This document shows, piece after piece, positions 10,024 to 19,903 of a stretch of DNA of 64,000 nt. How positions within the stretch are numbered: the stretch's first letter is position 1; each line of letters starts with the position of its first letter. Below the pieces are notes generated by a model that saw only the letters and a program-made list of their open reading frames with translations, was not told where the DNA came from and did no database searches. This stretch comes from Alphaproteobacteria bacterium (GTDB lineage Bacteria > Pseudomonadota > Alphaproteobacteria > MPNO01), in assembly GCA_965248835.1 (NCBI GenBank), contig CBDFLJ010000002.1, forward strand, positions 2,208,001 to 2,272,000. Reading direction: 5' to 3'. The translations under genes were made by a program, and so were the position numbers.

Positions 10024-11884
10024 GTCGAGTAGCTCAGCCATTCGGCTTTCGCCCTCCCAGATCCGGGCGTGCGGCTTTCCCGCACCCGGCTCCTCCGGAG
10101 GGTAACCCACCTCATGGCCGACGCGGCGTCCATGGTCGTGTGATCCGAGGGGTCGGCAGGGGGAAGCGCGCGGTCAGAGCGTCGAACTCGTTCCACCACA
10201 TGCGTCGGTTCTTCTGGCTGCGCCGCTGGAGGCAGCGCAGCCAGAAGAACCGGACTTCGCGGCGGAAGCTGCTCAATGCCGGGTAGTTGTGCGGCCTGCC
10301 GTAGTAGCCGTAGTGACCGAGCAGAACGCTGAGGTACCAGCGATGCTGTTCGGCCAACGGCGCGTGCATGCGCCGCCGTGCATCCCGGCGCAGCGTCTTG
10401 AGCTTCACGATGAACCGGCCATCCCGCGTCCACCCGCAATCGTGGGGGAACCCGAGGAAGGCGAAGGTTCCAGGCCGCCGCGCGCCACAGCGTCGTCGAG
10501 CCAGGGCCGGCGGTCGGCCGAACTCGATCAGCCGCGTCTTGTCCTCGTGCAGCGACAGGCCGAAGGCGGCCAGACGCTCTCGGAGGGCAGACAGCATCTC
10601 CCGTGCGTCCGCTTCCCTCTCGAAGCCCATCACGAAGTCATCGGCATAACGCACCATGACGACCCGCCCGCCCGCGTGGCGCCGGCGCCACTGATGGACC
10701 CGGAGGTCGAGGACGTAGTGCAGCAAGACGTTGGCGGGGAGCGGGCTGATGCCCGCCCCCTGCGGCGTTCCCCTGTCCGTCTCGTACCATACGCCGCTCT
10801 CCAGGACCCCAGCCCGCAGCCACCGCTGGACGAGCCGGTGGATGCGCGGATCGGCAGTCCTGTGCGCGAGCATCCGCAGCAGCCACTCGTGGTCGACCGT
10901 GTCGAAGAAGCTGCGGATGTCCGCATCAAGCACCCAGGTCACCCGCTGGCTCATGATGGCCGTGTGCAGGGCGTCAAGAGCCGTGTGCGGGTTTCGCCCC
11001 GGTCGGAAGCCGTAAAGAACCCCAGGAAGTCGGCCTCGTGGACGGCGCTCAGCACCTCGGCGACGGCGCCCTGGACGATCTTGTCCTCCAGGACGGGAAC
11101 GCCGAGCGGCCGCCGGCCGCCATCGGCTTTCGGGATGTCGACCCGCCGGACCGGCTGTGGCCGGTAGCGGCCGGCATGGAGGCGCCCGCACAGGTCCCGG
11201 AGATTGGTCTCCAGCTCCTGCTCGTACGCCGCCACCGTCACCCCGTCGACTGCCGCGCTCGCCTGCCGCCGCTGCCGGCGGAACGCCCGTTCGAGGGCGG
11301 CCTCGTCGACATGGTGCAGCAGAGCGGTGAACCGGGTATGGACGGCTCGTCCAGCCGCGGCGTTCACCCGGGCGAGGTTGGGCGGCAAGGCGGCCCGGCT
11401 CTGTGTCCGGACCCTGGCCTTCTCGCGCGGGATCCCCTCGGGCTGGCCCCTTCCCTCGGCGCACCTCGGTTCCTTCGGCGGCGTCATCAGTACTATGAAC
11501 CAGTCCGACTCCCGACCTCAGCTCGGGCGAGCGCTCCGGCCTTGCCTTGCGCGCGCCCCCCGCCGGAGACCAACCCGGCGGCCCCGGTCGGGCCTCTCAT
11601 GTTCCAACGCCTGCCTTCCATGCGTGAGACGGCCTTCGTCCCCGGCGCAGCGACACCGTCTCGCATGGCGACGGTGCACATGCTGCCTTCGTGGCTGGGA
11701 ACCCACTTGGCCTCCGCAATCTTCCTCCTTTCGAGGCTCAACTCCGCACCCCACATGGCCCCTGTCTACGCTTCAGACCCCGCCTTGCCGCGATGCCCGC
11801 AAGACTCGGTCCCGACATGCCCGCTACGGCTTTGGCCGGATCGGACTTTCACCGACAAGCAGTCGTCAGCTTGGCATGACGTAC
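10024..11884 (-). mobile_element. Group II intron (endonuclease-less, bacterial class E-like), IEP frameshifted
   Basis: Domain V GAGCCGGGTGCGGGAAAGCCGCACGCCCGGATCTG (10058-10092) with AGC triad and GAAA loop; domain VI ending CTACTCGAC; about 400 nt of 5' non-coding RNA; 5' end either GTACG (11884) or GTGGG (11890). Confidence 0.85.
10112..11487 (-). pseudogene. ltrA: Group II intron reverse transcriptase/maturase, frameshift near 11015
   Basis: N-part IPKADGGRRPLGVP..EDKIVQ..EADFLGF in one frame; YGFRPGR, DADIRSFFD, GTPQG, YADD, FLGF in another. Confidence 0.9.
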
Positions 11885-12019
11885 TCCCACAGCGTGGTGT
11901 AGGAGCCTGGCGATGAAGCCGTCCCGATAGCGGTATCGGTCAAAGGCAAGAGGCAGGGGCCTGAGAGGCGATCCGGGCAGCCCCTCCAGGACGTTCAGGG
12001 GCAGCCACGAGAGCCAGGG

Positions 12020-12111
12020 TGTCAGTCGGCGTGCGGATTTGGCGCCGATCGGTGCACCAACCCTTTGATTTCCTGTGGGTCACGGGGATCAGAGTGCCAC
12101 GCCGAATCACA
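12020..12111. mobile_element. 92-bp miniature element with IS21-like termini
   Basis: Begins TGTCAGTCGGCGTG and ends CACGCCGAATCACA (imperfect 14-bp IR, TG...CA ends); no ORF. Confidence 0.5.
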
Positions 12112-12463
12112 GGTCGCGATGAAGCTTTACGCTCAAGACGCTCTCGAGGCTGGTCGTCGGAAGATAGGTTGCCAGTGCTCACGTCTTTGCCCACGCCAAG
12201 GGGCGGTGGTGACTTTAGGGCTGTCACCGTTCTTGCTCGGTCGCGCGAACCAGGTCCCTTCACCCCCGATAACAGACATCAGGCCGCGGATACACTCGCC
12301 CAGCCGCTGAGATGTACAGAAACCTGCGACGTAGGAAACGCCTACGGCTGAAAAACGGATCCAACACCCCCTCGCTCCCATTCTCTCTACCGACGTCGCC
12401 GGTCATTCCCGGCTGATAGGTGAGGAAGTGGAGAGCACCCTTGGTTCATTAGCTGCCCACCTG

Positions 12464-12979
12464 TCAGAGTGCAGAGCCTAACCATCGGTATATGGCTCCG
12501 TCGAGCCAGGTGACGACCAGCACACGATCAAACACGATATACAGAAAACCTCCGGTAAGCACGGCGGCAAACGACGCGGTGAGCCAGCGGAGGTCGGTTT
12601 CATAGCGAAGAAAGGCAAGCATAAACAATGACATCGCGACCAGCTGGCCGAGCAGCCATGACAGACCGACCACCGTCACGATCCATACGAGGAGTCGGAG
12701 CGCACGGACGTGGTCACCATCTCCTGCCGGCTCCGCGGTACTCCCGTTCCGCGGTGGATCGTCCACGCTCAGGTTGCTCGGTGGCTGACCTGGAAACTGC
12801 TTGAGAACAACACGGACGAAAACAAGCGCGCCGACCGCGAACAACCCGGCCACGCCGATCACTTGCGGAAACAGCGCCGAGCGGTAGTTCCATAGCTCGG
12901 CCTCAACAGCGAGGAAGGTGAAAATGGCGGCGAGAACGACCGAGATGGCCAGATCAGCCCGCATGCTCGCCCTCTTCAT
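12464..12979 (-). CDS. tctB: Tripartite tricarboxylate transporter small subunit TctB
   Basis: 4-5 TM helices, ALFPQVIG, YIVFDRVLVV; ATGA overlap with tctA stop. Confidence 0.75.
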   Translation of the reverse strand: MKRASMRADLAISVVLAAIFTFLAVEAELWNYRSALFPQVIGVAGLFAVGALVFVRVVLKQFPGQPPSNLSVDDPPRNGSTAEPAGDGDHVRALRLLVWIVTVVGLSWLLGQLVAMSLFMLAFLRYETDLRWLTASFAAVLTGGFLYIVFDRVLVVTWLDGAIYRWLGSAL

Positions 12980-14451
12980 CGAACACGCCTGTAATTGCGA
13001 CGGAACTGCACGTATAGCACCCATACAATGAGCGCGAAGATGATCAGTACCACCGGCCGTGTAAGCCAGTCGAAGCCATAAACGTTGATCGACAGATGCA
13101 AATATCGCTCGAGCAGCGGGCCGAGCACCAGTCCAAGAGCAATCGGTGGGCGCGGCCAGTGCCAACGCTTCATCACATAGCCGATGACACCGAAAGCCAG
13201 AAGGATGATCCAGTCTCCCATGGTCTGGGTGGACATCCATGCTCCCATCAGGGCTGCGATCACTACGACGGCAACAATGATCGTACCGCGTACCTGGGTG
13301 ATACGGGCCAGAAACGGCGTCGCCACGAGCAGCAGGCCGGCGGCGACCACATTGGCAATGACCAGCGCACCGACGAGCGCAAACAGCACGTCGAGCCGAT
13401 CGCCCATAATATCGGGGCCTGGCGAGATCCCTTGCACCGTCAGCGCGACGAGGAACAGCGCCATGGGTGCGTTGCCCGGCACACCGATGGCGAGCGTGGG
13501 CACCAACGCGCCGCCTTTTAGGGCGTTGTTGGCTGCCTCGGGCGCGATGACGCCTCGTACGTCTCCACTACCGAAGCGTTCGGGGTGCTTCTCGCTCTGC
13601 ACTGCGTGGCCATAGGCTACCCAATCGACAATGCTGGCGCCCACGCCGGGGATCATACCAATATAAACGCCGATGAAGATCGAGCGTACAGTGAGCCACC
13701 AGTGCCGGAAGGCGTCGCGCACGCCCTCTTTCATACCTCGGGCGGACTCCAAGGAGACGTGGGCGATGCTGGTCCGACGGACGAATAGATCGAGCAACTC
13801 CGGAAGCGCGAAAAGGCCCAGCACCACCGGTACGATCTTGATGCCGTCTAGAAGATAAGCCTCGCCGAAGGTATAGCGCGGAAGACCCTCTTGCGGCGAG
13901 GTGCCGACCATTGCGAGCGCCAGCGCGAACAGTACGACGACGATCCCACGGAGAGGAGCCCCACCGCTCAGCGCGCCCACGATCAGAAGCCCGAAAAGCC
14001 CGAGCATGAAGAACTCCGGACTCCCGATGGAAAGCACCAACTCGCGTACTAGCGGCAGACTCACGATCACGAGAACGCCACCTGTCACTCCTCCCAGCAT
14101 CGAGACGGTGTACGCGGCGCCGAAGGCGCGCCCGGCCTCGCCATTCTTGGCCATTGGGTACCCGTCCAAAATAGTCGCCTGAGACCCCGACGTACCGGGC
14201 ACGCCGAGCAACACAGAGGCAATCGTGTCGGATGTTGTAGTCACCGCGTACATGCCCATCAGAAAGGCCATGGCGCTGTACGTCTCGAGCAAGAAAGAGA
14301 ACGGCAGTAGCATGGCCACTGCTGAAAGGCCTCCCAGTCCCGGCAGGATGCCGACCACAATACCAATCAGGATGCCTAACAGCAGATAACCGATCGCTGG
14401 CCACACAAAAAGTGCGCCAATACCCTGTATGGCTGCGTCAAGGACCGGCAC
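12976..14451 (-). CDS. tctA: Tripartite tricarboxylate transporter permease TctA
   Basis: GILPGLGG, LLGVPGT, LDGYPMAKNG, APEAANNA, PTLAIGVPG. Confidence 0.93.
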   Translation of the reverse strand: MPVLDAAIQGIGALFVWPAIGYLLLGILIGIVVGILPGLGGLSAVAMLLPFSFLLETYSAMAFLMGMYAVTTTSDTIASVLLGVPGTSGSQATILDGYPMAKNGEAGRAFGAAYTVSMLGGVTGGVLVIVSLPLVRELVLSIGSPEFFMLGLFGLLIVGALSGGAPLRGIVVVLFALALAMVGTSPQEGLPRYTFGEAYLLDGIKIVPVVLGLFALPELLDLFVRRTSIAHVSLESARGMKEGVRDAFRHWWLTVRSIFIGVYIGMIPGVGASIVDWVAYGHAVQSEKHPERFGSGDVRGVIAPEAANNALKGGALVPTLAIGVPGNAPMALFLVALTVQGISPGPDIMGDRLDVLFALVGALVIANVVAAGLLLVATPFLARITQVRGTIIVAVVVIAALMGAWMSTQTMGDWIILLAFGVIGYVMKRWHWPRPPIALGLVLGPLLERYLHLSINVYGFDWLTRPVVLIIFALIVWVLYVQFRRNYRRVR

Positions 14452-14522
14452 AGTGTCTGTTCAAGCCGGCGGTGAGCCTGGGCACATGGCAACCGCACCG
14501 CATGCCGAGGGAGATGCCGTGG

Positions 14523-15596
14523 TTAGCGCTTTGCCTTGTCGATATAGTCTTTGCGAAACTTGACGAGCGACGGGCCAAGCGCGCGGTATGCGGAAACAAG
14601 TTGTTTGTCGAGCACTTTGCGGCCGGCAACCCACGCCGGATGTACCTTGTAGCGCTCCTTGTGCGCGTCGATAAACGCTTTGTCGTCGAGCATCATGGTG
14701 AACGCAGCCTCTATCTCTGCAACCGCCGGCTCCGGCACGCCGGGTGGAAGATAGATCACTCGCCAGGCCCGGCTCGTCTGGTAAAGATTCCACAACTTTC
14801 CTTCGGGCTTGCCGCCATGCATACGAATGAATTCAGCGGTTGGGACGGCCGGCTCGAGGCCCGGGATAACGATGGCGCTATCGTAGTAGATAGGTGTCAC
14901 CTTGCCAGTCTTGACACCGGTGGGCAAAACCACCTTCATGAAGTGAGGCAGGCCCGAGGCGTGATGATCGACCTCGCCCCTCAACACCGCGGCCCAGGCA
15001 TCGGCGCTGTCCTGGTAGCCGGTCTTGTAATCGTACTTGACACCGGCGAGGTCGAGAACGGTTCGGAAGGTGATGTCCTTGGTGTTGGTGATCGACTGAC
15101 CCCCGGTCTTGAACGCGGGCGCGCCCTTAAGGTCCTGCGGTCCCGCAATACCCGAGCCAACGTCGGCGCGCACATAATTGACCGCGACAACCGGCGTGCC
15201 CGCCACCGGCAACAGCTGCGTTATGTCGGCCAGGAGTCCGCGCTTCTTCGCAGTGCCGGAAAAAAATGCCTGGTAGTTGCGCACCGGCAGGAAGCATCCA
15301 AGCGCGGTGCCGTCCTTGGGCGCTTGGGAATAAAGCCAATTGGTGGCGACGACACCTGTGCCGCCCTTGCGGTTCTTGACCACGATCCTGGGCCCTCCCG
15401 CAAGCAGGCGCTCGAGATGTGAGGCCATGAATCGACAAATGCGGTCTTGCGAGCCCCCGCTACCTCGCGACACAGCGAGCTCCATCGTCTTGCCCGCGAA
15501 ATAGCCCTGCTGTGCCGTCACCCCCGAAGAAGCGCCAACGATCACCAGTGCCCCGATAGCAACTCCCAAAGATATTTTCGAATTACCGCGATGCAT
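14523..15596 (-). CDS. tctC: Tripartite tricarboxylate transporter substrate-binding protein (TctC/Bug-like, divergent)
   Basis: Signal peptide, YFAGKT, GGSQD..R, IVVKNRKGGTG, APKDGT; operon context. Confidence 0.8.
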   Translation of the reverse strand: MHRGNSKISLGVAIGALVIVGASSGVTAQQGYFAGKTMELAVSRGSGGSQDRICRFMASHLERLLAGGPRIVVKNRKGGTGVVATNWLYSQAPKDGTALGCFLPVRNYQAFFSGTAKKRGLLADITQLLPVAGTPVVAVNYVRADVGSGIAGPQDLKGAPAFKTGGQSITNTKDITFRTVLDLAGVKYDYKTGYQDSADAWAAVLRGEVDHHASGLPHFMKVVLPTGVKTGKVTPIYYDSAIVIPGLEPAVPTAEFIRMHGGKPEGKLWNLYQTSRAWRVIYLPPGVPEPAVAEIEAAFTMMLDDKAFIDAHKERYKVHPAWVAGRKVLDKQLVSAYRALGPSLVKFRKDYIDKAKR

Positions 15597-16210
15597 CGTC
15601 GGATTCTCCCTCTTTTGGATTGCAAGCCAGACTAGGAAATGGCTCGGTATGCGTCAACGTTGAGGGTACGAGATTTTGCGCCAGCTCACCGCGTGTGCGC
15701 TCGACCATCTCGAGAAACGGGAAGACAAGCGCGCTGGCCGCATCGTTCATAGCCTCGTTTATAGAGAAATGATGTTGGCCTGCCATCTCGATGAATTGGC
15801 AGTTCAGCCCCCTTGCTCGCCATGCCGCCGCGAATTCGCGTGGCTGGCGACCAAATTCGTCCGTCTCCTGGGATCCGACCCCTACAACCAGGTCGCATCC
15901 GTTCAGGGGTATGTGGTGAAGCGGGCTGTTTCGCACCGTCGCCTTCTCGTCCAACCTGAGCCATTCATTGCGGAATGTTAGGCGCACCGGTTCGAGATCG
16001 TACATGCCACCGATCAGAAGCCCGCCTTTGATGACATCGGTGGGGCGATCGTAATTGGCTCGCCAGCCCGTGACCGCGACCATGGCGGCGAAGTCCGCAC
16101 CGGCCGATTTGTCGTGGACGAAAATGCGATCATGATCGCCGCCGAAGGTGTCTGCGTTGCGCCACAACCAAGTGACGGCGTCTCGGCACTGGCGGATAAG
16201 AACGCCCATA
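15583..16210 (-). pseudogene. Alpha/beta hydrolase (arylformamidase-like), 5' truncated by IS6 end
   Basis: AVTWLWRNADTFGGDHDRIFVHDKSAG (degenerate GxSxG), GMYDLEP, NSP, HHF; N-terminus replaced by IS6 sequence. Confidence 0.7.
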
Positions 16211-16417
16211 GGCATTGTCAGACTAACAGGACAGGACTTGTAGAACCTACAATCGAGCGCCTTCAGGCTGCTCGTTGACGCCACCCGGCCAGGGCGGCGG
16301 CTCGGTCTTGCTTGAAAATGTCGCGGCGGTCGAGATGGCGCTGGTGGTTGAAGTGGTTGTGTCCCCAGGCGTGGACGGCGGCGGATTTCTGCACGGTCTT
16401 TACGTCTCTGAATTCGA
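16211..16417 (-). mobile_element. IS6-family right-end remnant
   Basis: IR GGCATTGTCAGACT; translation VQKSAAVHA..HNHFNHQRHLDRRDIFKQDRAAALAGWRQ. Confidence 0.85.
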
Positions 16418-16530
16418 CCAGTCCGTACGGAACGGCTCTTCGGCATCCCGCATGGAGAGCGTGTAGTTCCAGAAGTCGACGAACACGCGGACGCGGTGGC
16501 GGGGCCTTGGATCGGATCGTCACTGGGCAT
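16418..16530 (-). pseudogene. NYN/LabA-like nuclease N-terminal fragment
   Basis: RHRVRVFVDFWNYTLSM resembles the first Asp motif of NYN domains; ATG at 16530 is out of frame. Confidence 0.45.
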
Positions 16531-16711
16531 GTCGGTCCGCACAAAAATACAGGGACGCACGAGGCGTCCCTGGGGTCGAGATGATCGGACCCCGTACTCC
16601 CTGTCTGGGCGGTAGTCCGATGGGTCATCTTGCGTGGCGATGCAGCGCCGGACGGCGGGATTCGCAACCCGTTCTGCGGAATTCGGCTATCGCGGTCGTG
16701 GGACGGCCGCG

Positions 16712-16828
16712 ATGGTAGCCTCGCTCGGCAAGATTACGTCTCCGTCGCAGGGCGCGAGCTGCTACGAGCGCGACGGGTATTACGCGAAGGACGACCCCGC
16801 GCACAAGGCCACGAGCACCTGGGCGGGC
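16712..16828 (+). pseudogene. MobF/TrwC conjugative relaxase N-terminal fragment
   Basis: MVASLGKITSPSQGASCYERDGYYAKDDPAHKATSTWAG matches the YY..DxYY...WxG N-terminus of MOBF relaxases. Confidence 0.75.
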
Positions 16829-17284
16829 CGGGCGCCGACCGCGGCGATCCATTGCCGGACGGCCCCGGCGACGAACTCCGGGCCGTTGTCGGAGCGGATG
16901 TAGGCCGGGATGCCGCGCAGAACGAACAGGTCGGTCAGGACATCGGTGACGTCGGCCGATGAAAGCTTCCTTCGCGCCCGGATCGCCAGGCTCTCCCGGG
17001 TTCGCCCTGGGAGAACGGATACATCGAGAGCTTCAACGCGCGGCTGCGCGACGAGCTCCTGGATGGAGAAATCTTCTACACCCTCAAGGAGGCCCGGGTT
17101 CTCATCGAAGCCTGGCGGCGTCATCACAACGCCATCCGTCCAAACGGCAGCCTGGGATACCGGCCGCCGCCCCGGTCGTTATGCCAAGCTGGCCGCCCGA
17201 CTCCGCTACGCCGACGATCCAGCTTGGCCGAGAAACCGTCAATGCACTGACATTCGAACCAGACCAGTCGCCGGGGGCAGGTCG
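16829..17284. mobile_element. IS3-family orfB remnant with internal inversion
   Basis: Minus strand: DLFVLRGIPAYIRSDNGPEF; plus strand continuation: PGSPWENGYIESFNARLRDELL..EAWRRHHNAIRPNGSLGYRPP and right end. Confidence 0.85.
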
Positions 17285-17302
17285 AGGGGTCTGGCAACAT
17301 TC

Positions 17303-18679
17303 TCATGGGTTGGGGCTCAGGGCACTTTCGACGGAAATACCTGTTCCAAGCAGGCGTTTGTCAGCCATGGATTCGCCCATCAGCATGAAACCCACCGGGG
17401 CTTCGCCGGGTTCGTGGCACGGCAGGGTGAGCGCGCAGCGCCCGAGCAAGTTGGCGATGCTGGCGTTGCGGATGACGATGATATAGGGGTCCCGCAGGTC
17501 CGCGTCGCTGCCTTGGAACTGCGATATCGGCGGCGCGATAACCGGAACCGTGGGCATGATCACGGCGTCGTATCGGGAGGTGATCCGCGCGGCGCGTTCC
17601 ATCAGGTCCTCGCGAAACCGCAGCACATCATAATAATCCGGACCGCTCATCTCACCGCCGGCGAGAAGCCTGTCGGTAATCCGCGGGTCCATCTGGTCGA
17701 GTGAGTTGGCCAGTCGTTCGCGGTGGATGGCGTAGCCCTCGACCATCGATGGAAATCGAACCCGTCCGACCGCAGCCAACTCTCCGAGTTCGGGAAGCGG
17801 AGCGTCTTCGAGTTGTACGCCGGCTCTCGAGAGCCTTTGAAGGGCTTTTTCAAATGCCTTTGCGACCTGCGGATCGAGATCGTCGGTCACGAGCGTGTCC
17901 GGAATACCAAAGCGCAGCCCCTCGAGAGGGATTGGTTCCGGCAGGACTGGATCTTCGCCCGCGAAAACGGCGTCGACCATGGCGCAACAGGCGACGGTGG
18001 GCGCGAGAGGCCCCACGGAGTCGAGTGTCGTCGATAGGGGAAAAATTCCGTCGGTTGGGACGCGCCCCACGGTAGGCTTGAAACCGGCAAGACCGCACAA
18101 GGCTGCCGGGATGCGCACGGAGCCGGCGGTGTCGGTGCCGAGCCCGGCGGCGGCCATGCCGTCGGTGACTGATACAGCCGCTCCCGAGGACGACCCGCCC
18201 GGAACCCGGCCGGTCTGCCGGTCATATGGGTTTCGGCAGTCGCCGTAGTGGGGATTGAGGCCGAGTCCGCCCACGGCAAATTCGGTCATATTGGTCGTGC
18301 CCATGACGACGGCACCGGCGGCCCTGAGGCGGGCGACGACAGTGGCGTCTCGTTTCGCCGGCGCCGCGTTCCGTCTCACCACCGAGCCGGCATAGGTCGT
18401 GATTCCGGCCACGTCGCAAAGGTCCTTGATCGATACCGGAATGCCCGCCAAGGGCGACGGCACGATGTTCGCGGCCCTGAGCTGGTCGCTTGCTTTTGCG
18501 GCGGCGAGCGCCGGTTCGCGAAACACACGGATGAATGTTGTCGGGCCCTCGCCTCCACTATCCTCGATCCGCGCGAGGGCCTCTTCCGTTAGTGCGAGGC
18601 TCGTCGTCGTAGCTGACGCAAGGCCTTTGGCGATATCTGCGATCGGTTGCATTGATTTGTCCTTATCGGGGACTCTCAT
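17303..18679 (-). CDS. Amidase signature family protein
   Basis: LAGIPVSIKDL, PGGSSSGAA, LGTDTAGSVRIPA; start may be 18652. Confidence 0.93.
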   Translation of the reverse strand: MRVPDKDKSMQPIADIAKGLASATTTSLALTEEALARIEDSGGEGPTTFIRVFREPALAAAKASDQLRAANIVPSPLAGIPVSIKDLCDVAGITTYAGSVVRRNAAPAKRDATVVARLRAAGAVVMGTTNMTEFAVGGLGLNPHYGDCRNPYDRQTGRVPGGSSSGAAVSVTDGMAAAGLGTDTAGSVRIPAALCGLAGFKPTVGRVPTDGIFPLSTTLDSVGPLAPTVACCAMVDAVFAGEDPVLPEPIPLEGLRFGIPDTLVTDDLDPQVAKAFEKALQRLSRAGVQLEDAPLPELGELAAVGRVRFPSMVEGYAIHRERLANSLDQMDPRITDRLLAGGEMSGPDYYDVLRFREDLMERAARITSRYDAVIMPTVPVIAPPISQFQGSDADLRDPYIIVIRNASIANLLGRCALTLPCHEPGEAPVGFMLMGESMADKRLLGTGISVESALSPNP

Positions 18680-18733
18680 CCCGGCGTTCGGCCGTTGCCG
18701 ATTACCGGGAAGGCGGCGGAGTCCGATCTGGTC

Positions 18734-19501
18734 TCAGACCATGCCGGCAATCGTGTGCTGATCGGGCCGAGGCGGGGTCTCCTCGGTGCCGGCCGCATAG
18801 ACCTGCTGGACGGCAGGGCGGGCCATCAGGCGATCGCGCCAGTCGTTGATGCGGGAGAACCGGTCGCGATCGACCATCCCGGGACGCAGTTCGATCAGAC
18901 GGTGGACGATGGCAAGCATACTGATGTCTGCAAGCGAATAGGTCTCTCCCGCGAGCCACGGTCCGTCGGCGAGATCTGTCTCGGCACGTCCGATGACGAA
19001 ACCGAGGCGCTCGAAAGCATGCTCTATCTCGCTCCGGTCGAATCCGCCGCCGATGATTCGGCGGACACGCTCTCGCCTTTCGGGCGCGGGAATGCGAAGG
19101 AGCAGATGCTCGATGTCGGCGGGCTCGAGATCCGTCATCTTCTCCTTCAGCATGGCGTCGTAGGTCGCGTTCTGCAGCGCCGGATGGATCATGTCGGCGG
19201 CCCAGGTCCAGAGCCTCATACGGCTCCGTGCCCCAGGGTCGGATGGGCGTAGCGGTCGATCGGGAAACACATCCTCGAGGTATTCGTTGATCGCCGCCGA
19301 GTTGACGATCGGGTGCCCGTCGTGGATCAGCGTCGGCACCACTCCCCAGGGATTGAGCTCTAGATAGGCGGTGCTCAGCTGCGCGTGGTGTTGGAGTTCG
19401 ATGTAGCGGCTGACATAGCGCACCTCCTTCTCGACCAGCGCGAGGCGGACCTGCTTGGAGCAAGTCGACAAACCGGAATGATATAGTTCTAGCATCCGCA
19501 C
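18734..19501 (-). CDS. Glutathione S-transferase family protein
   Basis: STCSKQVR, YLELNPWGVVPTL, WLAGETYSLADI. Confidence 0.9.
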   Translation of the reverse strand: MRMLELYHSGLSTCSKQVRLALVEKEVRYVSRYIELQHHAQLSTAYLELNPWGVVPTLIHDGHPIVNSAAINEYLEDVFPDRPLRPSDPGARSRMRLWTWAADMIHPALQNATYDAMLKEKMTDLEPADIEHLLLRIPAPERRERVRRIIGGGFDRSEIEHAFERLGFVIGRAETDLADGPWLAGETYSLADISMLAIVHRLIELRPGMVDRDRFSRINDWRDRLMARPAVQQVYAAGTEETPPRPDQHTIAGMV

Positions 19502-19903
19502 CTCCAGCTACGGGTCGACGATGGTCTCCCTCGGGCGGCCGCTCGCGGACCGCCGAGGGATGGTCCGCTCGACCGCGCGTCGCCGCAATCTACATCACCG
19601 CACCGGGAGACGAGTGAGCGCAATGCAGGTTAGGGTCGGGCAATCGGGGTGTCCACCGGACCGGAGTGTCTGAAAGATGTCGCCGGCGATATCGCGATTG
19701 GCCAAGGGGCGGCCACGTCGAAGAGCGGGGCCGATCGCGTCGTGTTCCTCGGCTCCGCCGCCGATTTGCGGCCGTTGATCGTGCGGCCCTACATCAAATC
19801 CTTTGCCGATCTGACCGTGCTCGTCGACCCATCGCGGTGAGTTACTTATGTTGTTCGTGATCGGGCGTTGGCCACCGTGGATGACATACCAAGGACTGAT
19901 CGG

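Noticed and set aside
10112-11487. RT as retron, DGR or defence RT
   Set aside because: YADD, N-terminal RT0 region and downstream domains V/VI identify a group II intron; no template repeat or effector gene seen
19649-19840. 63-aa ORF with LIVRPYIKSFADL, like NMT1/SsuA binding proteins
   Set aside because: Match too short to support a call
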